Origin: a virus
Taxonomy: Duplodnaviria; Caudoviricetes
Length of the DNA stretch: 30,840 nucleotides
Direction: 5' to 3' (one strand)
Virus record (IMG/VR): IMGVR_UViG_3300006639_000442
Span: 1 to 30,840 of that record
The notes beneath the pieces were generated by a model. It had not been told where the DNA came from. It made no database searches and was given only the letters and a program-made list of their open reading frames with translations. Made by a program: the position numbers and the translations under genes. Below, one piece after another: positions 24,524 to 30,840 of this stretch. How positions within the stretch are numbered: position 1 is the first letter of the stretch; every line of letters starts with the position of its first letter.

Positions 24524-25351
24524 ATGGGCAGATATTTCGATCGTTTTCCATTGGTTAACTATGGCGGTGTTCCGGCAAAGAACCTACTGACAAAGGTAGA
24601 CTTCACGCAAGAAGCAATGCGTGACATCTACTCAAACTTTGACTATGTTCTAGAGGAAGGCATGAACCGCCCAGACATGGTTTCGTATAGCTATTATGAC
24701 TCGTCGCAGTATGACTGGTTGATCTATCTGTCAAATACAGTTATCGATCCCTACCATGACTTTTACATGTCACAGGAAGACTTTCTTGCCTTTGTTATTG
24801 CAAAGTACGGGTCGTATAACAACGCCGTGTCTACAACCAAGTTTTATCGTAATGACTGGGCAAGTGATGATAGTCTTATCAGTGTCGATATCTATGAGTC
24901 ACTAGGACCAGAAATACGTAAGTATTGGAAGCCGGTGATGGACAACGGTTTCCGAATTATGGGATATAATAGAGTCCAGGAAGACTGGATCGCTTCTACT
25001 AATATGATCGTCAGTCTAAAACTGACAGATGTAAGCGTACTAGCCGATGCAGATATTATTCAACAAGCATCCACAGGTGCCAAAGCTGCATTGATCTCGA
25101 TCGATACAGACACTAATATTGCTCTTGTACAACATGTTGTAGGGATGTTTGAGGCAGACGGTAGTGATTCAATCGAGGAAGTAACTACTCTTCAAAAGGT
25201 AATCAGCGACGAGGAGGCTGCATTCTGGTCTCCTGTTAATGCATATGAGTATGAAGAAGAAAAGAATGAGTTGAGAAGATATGTCAATATTATTAAACGT
25301 ACATATCTTCCTGATGTTGAAAAATTATTCATTGAGAAAATTCAAGAATGA
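24524..25351 (+). CDS. gp53: Baseplate wedge subunit gp53
   Basis: YFDRFPLVNY, RPDMVSYSYYDS..YDWLIYLSN..IDP, YEYEEEKNE.RR. Confidence 0.9.
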   Translation: MGRYFDRFPLVNYGGVPAKNLLTKVDFTQEAMRDIYSNFDYVLEEGMNRPDMVSYSYYDSSQYDWLIYLSNTVIDPYHDFYMSQEDFLAFVIAKYGSYNNAVSTTKFYRNDWASDDSLISVDIYESLGPEIRKYWKPVMDNGFRIMGYNRVQEDWIASTNMIVSLKLTDVSVLADADIIQQASTGAKAALISIDTDTNIALVQHVVGMFEADGSDSIEEVTTLQKVISDEEAAFWSPVNAYEYEEEKNELRRYVNIIKRTYLPDVEKLFIEKIQE

Positions 25352-26661
25352 CCGATAAAGCAATCATGTTAGAAGGTAAGTATAAACTCATTACCTTCCA
25401 GATGTCCACGCCTACACAACCAATCGATCTCACACCATACTGTGCGAGAATGGATATCTATGAAAGCATTCTAGAACCTACACCGATTGCAGAGTTTATC
25501 ATCTCAGATAAGACTGGCATGTTCAGCCATTTTAACTTCTCTGAACAGGTTATCTGTGTTAAGTTTACGACATACGAAGACAACCCGAAGGGTGCAGTTG
25601 ATTACGACTTCAGAATCATCAAAGCAGGTCCGGTCGAATCACTTCCAGATGACAAGGGTGTTATCTATAAACTGACCGGCGTATCTAGAGAAGCTGCTAA
25701 GTCTCCTACACTCAAGAACGTCCCGTTCACACGTGAGAAGATCGAGTGTGAGAACATGGTCAAAGCATATCTAGAAGCACCTAATGTACTGGATTCAAAG
25801 AAGCCATTGTTTGCAGAGAAGACGAATGGTCTTCATACATTTGTAATGAACAACATCACACCATTTGAAGCCATTGACCAGGTAAGAACGATGGCCATTT
25901 CACAAAACTATAATGGTTCTGCATTCGTATTTTTTGAGAATAGCCGCGGCTATCACTTCAAATCTTTAGAGGCGCTGGTCGAAGAAGGTATCAAGAACAT
26001 CGGCGACAAATACTATATTCAAAGCGGTCTTAGCCAAGTAGATGTTACAGGATCCAAATGGAGAAACATCCTTGCATTCAAGACAATCCCGAATGTAAAC
26101 CAGACAGTTGCAAGAACAATCGGTGGCGGTAAGAACCGTGTAGTAAAATTAAATATTAAAACCCGAGAGTATGAAGAATTTGCACAGGACGCAAGACGAT
26201 TGGACTTTGTCCAGTTGAACAAAGGTTCACAATCATCGTCTTTAAAATCACAAGAAGAAATTAATAAGGATGATGGTGCTATCAAAGTGGTTCTTTATGA
26301 TCCAGATAAAGAGACACACGAGTTTGCCGACAAGGCTAATAAACTACCATACTATCTGACACACTTTTTGACAACGGTTGTTCAGATTACGGTATATGGC
26401 GACACTACTGTTTCTGTCGGAGACGTAATTACCTGTGAAATTCCTGAGCATGATGCACTTCCGATTGGTGAGAACAAGCCATATGTAGATTCGAGTTCTG
26501 TGATAGCTGGTAACTTTATTATTACGAAGTGCCGACACATTGTAACCTTTAACGAGAAGGCCGAATATGTACAGGCTCTTGAGATTGTCAGAGATGGTTC
26601 AGGTGGACAGAAGCCCCGCGCCAAACAGTTTGGCATGGATAGTCAATTGACTGCGGTATAA
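25348..26661 (+). CDS. Baseplate hub protein (gp27/GPD-like)
   Basis: DIYESI, FVFFEN..GYHFKSLE.L, VYGDTTVSVGDVI, GNFIITKCRH; position before gp5. Confidence 0.75.
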   Translation: MTDKAIMLEGKYKLITFQMSTPTQPIDLTPYCARMDIYESILEPTPIAEFIISDKTGMFSHFNFSEQVICVKFTTYEDNPKGAVDYDFRIIKAGPVESLPDDKGVIYKLTGVSREAAKSPTLKNVPFTREKIECENMVKAYLEAPNVLDSKKPLFAEKTNGLHTFVMNNITPFEAIDQVRTMAISQNYNGSAFVFFENSRGYHFKSLEALVEEGIKNIGDKYYIQSGLSQVDVTGSKWRNILAFKTIPNVNQTVARTIGGGKNRVVKLNIKTREYEEFAQDARRLDFVQLNKGSQSSSLKSQEEINKDDGAIKVVLYDPDKETHEFADKANKLPYYLTHFLTTVVQITVYGDTTVSVGDVITCEIPEHDALPIGENKPYVDSSSVIAGNFIITKCRHIVTFNEKAEYVQALEIVRDGSGGQKPRAKQFGMDSQLTAV

Positions 26662-26672
26662 CGGAGAATAGT

Positions 26673-27362
26673 ATGAAGACCATGCAATGGTTCCAGGGTG
26701 TAGTCGAAGACATTGACGATCCTGAAAAGTTAGGTCAAGTCAGAGTTAGAATCTTTGGTGAGAATGCACCAGGCGGATCCGACAAGGATCTGAACATCCT
26801 TCCGTGGGCGAAGGTCCTGATGCCAGTGACAAGTTCTGGATTCGCTGGAATCGGTCAGTCGCCGATCGGGCTTACCAAAGGTGCCTGGGTAATCGGCTTC
26901 TATATGGGTGACAAGAAGCATCCTATGATTCTTGGTTCAATGGCCATGGCCGATACAGTATCAAGACAGGCATCTGGCGAATCACCTGTTCAGAAAGATT
27001 ACATTACTGAACTTGGCGAGAAGAAAACCGAGTACAACGCCAAGTATCCTAACAATCGAACACTCAACACCGTAGCTGGACATGTGATCGAGATCGATGA
27101 TACTCCAGGCGCAGAACGCCTACATGCATACCATAAGTCTGGATCTTATATCGAGATCTTCCCTGATGGATCGATCGTGACCAAGTCGGTCAAGGATAGT
27201 ACCAGTGTGACTATTAACGATCATGCCATCTCCGTTGTACGTGGTGATTTGCAGATTGTTTCGAATGAAGGCAAGATCCAGATCAATGCCGATAAGGACA
27301 TTGACATTGTTTCTAAGACAGTAGTTAATATCCGCGCACCGATCGTTGGAATTAATGGATGA
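26673..27362 (+). CDS. gp5: Short gp5 baseplate spike (OB fold plus beta-helix, no lysozyme domain)
   Basis: WFQGVVEDIDDPEKLGQVRVRI, LPWA, YPNN...GHVIEIDDTPGAERLH..HKSGSYIEI.PDG. Confidence 0.9.
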   Translation: MKTMQWFQGVVEDIDDPEKLGQVRVRIFGENAPGGSDKDLNILPWAKVLMPVTSSGFAGIGQSPIGLTKGAWVIGFYMGDKKHPMILGSMAMADTVSRQASGESPVQKDYITELGEKKTEYNAKYPNNRTLNTVAGHVIEIDDTPGAERLHAYHKSGSYIEIFPDGSIVTKSVKDSTSVTINDHAISVVRGDLQIVSNEGKIQINADKDIDIVSKTVVNIRAPIVGING

Positions 27363-28606
27363 CAGTCGTATTAGAGATTCCTAAGATCCCTAAACTCGAC
27401 TGCGGATCCGATGGAAAGATCAGCAAAAAAGACCTAGACGCATATTTTACTAGTATTGGTAGGACGATGAATCGTCTGACATTGACTAGCAATGGACTAA
27501 ATGTAGATGACAAATGTGGTGTTGCTATTGCTGCAGCTATTACAGCCATCGATGAGATCGTCAAACTAATCGAAGGTATTACTACAGATCCATTGGGTCA
27601 ATTGAAATCAAAAGAACTTGAACTAAAGTATCGTGCACGTGAACTAAGCAAAGACATTGAAGAATATTTCAAAAAGAAGGTTGTAGATATCCTACTCGAC
27701 CTAATCAGTATTCTTGGTATTCCTAATCCGTTCGAGATTCCTATTCCGTTTATTGGTAAGACAGCAGATGGTTATGATCCAAAGATCGTGGATCTATTCA
27801 CAAAGGATGGCCAAAGAAAAGTAAAGTTGGCGATTAAAGAAGACATCGAAAAGGTAGAAAAGTTCCTAGGAATTGAATCCACACACAATGGTGATCTTGG
27901 TGTAAAATCGCCCGATCTTCAATCCGAAGAGGTATGGCATAAGATCAAGAACTGGTTCAACAATTTGATCAACAACTTTATCGGATCAGTTGCAGAAGCT
28001 ATTGCCAACGCAGTAAAAAGCATTCCGATTATTGGCAAACCAATCTATGATCTGGTCATGGCATCGATCGATCCTACCATTACCGTTGAGCAGACATTTG
28101 ACGCATTGGTAGCAGATTACAAAGCCAAGATCAAGAAGGCCAAAGAGGATGTGCTATCCGGTAAGGCAGTAAATGATCTAGGTGAGGAACTATTACAAGA
28201 GGCGATCGATAAGATCCTAGGCATACAGATCCCTCTACTCGGAACAGTCGGCGATCTGTTGGATATCGATCCTAATAAGAAGGACATTCGATCGAAGGCC
28301 CTTGACTTCCACGAGGTCGAGGATGCATTCAAAGAATTCATTCAGAAGGCTAGACGATTCTTCAAGGGTGGTATCATCGTCAAGATCAACGAGATTATGG
28401 AGAAAGCGCCTGGATATATTCTTGAGCAGTTTCCGATTGTTGGTAAGATCTTAAAGATCATCAAGAAGGTAGCAGATATCCTGTCGGGAAAGAATCCTCT
28501 TACTGAATGTGAGGTGCTAAGTATTCTCCTGCCGCCGATCTTTAGTATGGGAAGTTTAATTGAAGCAGCCTTCCCATCCTGTGTACAGGTAAAATACGTA
28601 GAATAA
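27359..28606 (+). CDS. Hypothetical baseplate-region protein (helical, repeated P-hydrophobic-hydrophobic-G motifs)
   Basis: 415-aa ORF coupled to gp5 by an ATGA overlap; family not recognised. Confidence 0.8.
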   Translation: MTVVLEIPKIPKLDCGSDGKISKKDLDAYFTSIGRTMNRLTLTSNGLNVDDKCGVAIAAAITAIDEIVKLIEGITTDPLGQLKSKELELKYRARELSKDIEEYFKKKVVDILLDLISILGIPNPFEIPIPFIGKTADGYDPKIVDLFTKDGQRKVKLAIKEDIEKVEKFLGIESTHNGDLGVKSPDLQSEEVWHKIKNWFNNLINNFIGSVAEAIANAVKSIPIIGKPIYDLVMASIDPTITVEQTFDALVADYKAKIKKAKEDVLSGKAVNDLGEELLQEAIDKILGIQIPLLGTVGDLLDIDPNKKDIRSKALDFHEVEDAFKEFIQKARRFFKGGIIVKINEIMEKAPGYILEQFPIVGKILKIIKKVADILSGKNPLTECEVLSILLPPIFSMGSLIEAAFPSCVQVKYVE

Positions 28607-28627
28607 ATAAAAGAAAAAGAGTTTCAG

Positions 28628-29065
28628 ATGGCCGATATTAAAAGAATAGACAAGATCACTAACTCGGAAAAAGCTTCCGAGAAGGCACCGTATTATAGTG
28701 ACTTCTATAACAACTTTAATATGCATCCACATAACAAGACTCTGGCCAAGTATACTAATGAAAATTCAGTTAAACGTGCCATGCGCAATCTGATCATGAC
28801 ACAACCAGGCGAGAGAAGATTCCAACCAGATTTCGGATGCAACCTCAGAAGATTTCTTTTCGAAAATATCAGTGACTATGTCGGCGGCCTGATCAAAGAT
28901 GTTATCATCGAGTCAATCAGTAAGTATGAACCACGTGTCAGAGTCATCGATGTTTTGGTCATTCCTAACGAGAGTATTAACTCCTACGAGGTAACTATCG
29001 TTTTTGAGGTGATAAATAATGTTAATCCAATGAGCATCAGCTTAACACTTTACAGAGTAAGATAA
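28628..29065 (+). CDS. gp25: Baseplate wedge subunit gp25
   Basis: SVKRAMRNLIMTQPGERRFQPDFGC..LFE, YEPRV. Confidence 0.93.
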   Translation: MADIKRIDKITNSEKASEKAPYYSDFYNNFNMHPHNKTLAKYTNENSVKRAMRNLIMTQPGERRFQPDFGCNLRRFLFENISDYVGGLIKDVIIESISKYEPRVRVIDVLVIPNESINSYEVTIVFEVINNVNPMSISLTLYRVR

Positions 29066-30840
29066 TGGCCAATAGCAGTTTAGTCCTTACACAATTAGAT
29101 TTTAGCTCATACAAAGAGTCTCTCAAGTCATACTTGATGGAGCAGGATGCATTCAAGGACTACGACTTTGATAGCAGCAATATCAATGTGCTTCTTGATA
29201 TCCTTTCATATAACTCTTATCTGAATGGTTTCTATCTGAACATGATCGGCAACGAGATGTTCCTTGACAGTGCCAAACTCAGAGACAGTGTTGTATCTCA
29301 TGCCAAGGAACTGAACTATCTGCCTCGTTCATTCGGATCGGCGGAAGCTGCTATCCAGTTAACAATCACACCTGGTGATTCTACTGTACAGTCTGTTGTT
29401 GTTCCAAAGGGAACTACATTCCAGTCACGCGTGGATGACTATACATATGCTTTCACGACAAATGAAAATATCGTTATTACAAATTCAAATAACGGCGTCT
29501 TTACAAGTGATGCTATTACGATCTATGAAGGCAACTATCTTTCAGAAACATATGTTGTAAACTATAATAATCCTCTGATCTTTAAGATTAATAATAAGAC
29601 GGTTGATGTGTCAAGTATCGGTGTTACTATTATCGAAGACAATGGCTCACAGACACTTCAATACTCACGTGCTACATCTCTGTTTGGATACAATAGCACA
29701 TCTAAGGTATTCTTTGTTCAGCCTGGAATCGGTGATAAGTACGAGATCGTATTCGGTGACGGTGTTGTAGGACGTAAGCCAAAGAACAATGCTATCGTAG
29801 TAATCGAATATCGTATCTGTAACGGTGAGCTTCCGAACGGCGCATTTAAGTTTGTGAATACCGGTCGTATTGATAACCACGCAAACGTGTCTGTAAGAAC
29901 TCTTACGGCTGCTCATGATGGTACGGTCGCCGAGGATATGAACTCAATCAAGTACAATGCTCCTCGTGCATTTACCACACAAGAACGTGCTATCACAGCC
30001 GAGGACTATGAGAACCTTTTGAAGATTAATTTTCCAGAAATTAATGCAGTTACAGCATACGGCGGTGAGGATGCAAATCCTCCACAATATGGCCGTATCT
30101 TCGTATCGGTAGATCTTAAAGGTGTTGACGGTCTTCCAAAGATCAAAGAAACTGAGTATAAAAGATTTCTCAAGTCTCGTGCATCTGTTGCCATGGAACC
30201 ATTGTTTATATCACCAGACTATGTCTACCTGAAGGTAACAAGCAACGTCAAGTATAATATCAATAAGACCGGTCTGAATCCAGAAGATGTCAGAACATAT
30301 GTTATTGGTGCTATTCAAACATATGCATCAACAAACCTGAATAACTTTGCAAGAACGCTTCGTTACTCGCGTCTTGTAAACGACATTGATAATGCTGAAG
30401 CTAGTATTATCAGTAACGAAACAGACATAGAGCTTATCAAGTATATCACTCCGGCATTAAATACATCTCAGAATCTTACTGTTGACTTTAAAACTCCACT
30501 AACAATCGAAGTTCCATTGCTATCTGATGAACATCCTATCATCGATCTCCATGCTATTACGTCAACAACATTTACGTATAATGGTATTAATAATTGTATT
30601 CTAGAAGATAATGGTGATGGTGTTTTAAGTATCGTTACACCAGTAGGATCTAATCATAAGAAGATCATTGATATCGGATCTGTTAACTATGATACAGGCG
30701 TTGTATCTATTAATGATTTTAAGATCTCGCAGTTTGCCGGAACATCACTTAAGGTCTATGCTATTCCAAGACAAAAAGATATTGCATCTACGCAGAATGT
30801 GATATTAAATATAGTAGAACCCGATATTAATATCACTATT
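29065..30840 (+). CDS. gp6: Baseplate wedge subunit gp6 (truncated by the window end; absent from the ORF track)
   Basis: ATG at 29065 (TAATG overlap); LDF...FKDYDFDSSNINVLLDILSYN...NEMFLDSAKLRDSVVSHAKELNYLPRS, FGDGVVG, QERAITAEDYE. Confidence 0.95.
   Translation, partial: MANSSLVLTQLDFSSYKESLKSYLMEQDAFKDYDFDSSNINVLLDILSYNSYLNGFYLNMIGNEMFLDSAKLRDSVVSHAKELNYLPRSFGSAEAAIQLTITPGDSTVQSVVVPKGTTFQSRVDDYTYAFTTNENIVITNSNNGVFTSDAITIYEGNYLSETYVVNYNNPLIFKINNKTVDVSSIGVTIIEDNGSQTLQYSRATSLFGYNSTSKVFFVQPGIGDKYEIVFGDGVVGRKPKNNAIVVIEYRICNGELPNGAFKFVNTGRIDNHANVSVRTLTAAHDGTVAEDMNSIKYNAPRAFTTQERAITAEDYENLLKINFPEINAVTAYGGEDANPPQYGRIFVSVDLKGVDGLPKIKETEYKRFLKSRASVAMEPLFISPDYVYLKVTSNVKYNINKTGLNPEDVRTYVIGAIQTYASTNLNNFARTLRYSRLVNDIDNAEASIISNETDIELIKYITPALNTSQNLTVDFKTPLTIEVPLLSDEHPIIDLHAITSTTFTYNGINNCILEDNGDGVLSIVTPVGSNHKKIIDIGSVNYDTGVVSINDFKISQFAGTSLKVYAIPRQKDIASTQNVILNIVEPDINITI

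Noticed and set aside
339-30194. Many alternative-frame and antisense ORFs in the track (e.g. 1179-1604, 9238-9732, 16022-16459, 23140-23496, 29375-29560)
   Set aside because: They are nested in or opposite to well-supported genes and lack an RBS or motifs; consistent with shadow ORFs
29065-30840. Apparent non-coding gap at the right end of the ORF track
   Set aside because: It is the gp6 reading frame, which has no stop codon inside the window

Overview
A segment of a lytic T4-like myovirus genome. The host is most likely an alphaproteobacterium, inferred from a circularly permuted two-piece tmRNA gene with the tag ANDNDSFADIRLAA. From left to right the window holds: (1) glutaredoxin and a heptose-sugar cluster (HAD phosphatase, GT4 glycosyltransferase, HddA-like kinase, GmhA); (2) RNase H, PhoH and an exonuclease; (3) an accessory region of small genes driven by a repeated early promoter, TGTACA-N17-TAnnnT; (4) the tmRNA, then a ~250-nt highly structured leader in front of an SleB-like cell-wall hydrolase; (5) gp33, gp59, a methyltransferase and gp32; (6) a minus-strand tail block (two paralogous tail/tape-measure-like muralytic proteins, gp51, gp26, gp54, gp2, gp4); (7) a plus-strand baseplate block (gp48, gp53, gp27-like, a short gp5, an unknown protein, gp25, and gp6 cut off by the window end). 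The most notable observations are a candidate pseudoknotted RNA switch with an anti-Shine-Dalgarno element upstream of the hydrolase, a candidate -1 frameshift fusing gp26 to gp51, the phage heptose/glycosyltransferase cluster, and duplicated tail proteins carrying different peptidoglycan hydrolase domains. All calls come from motif recognition and manual base-pairing by eye; no database search or folding computation was run.
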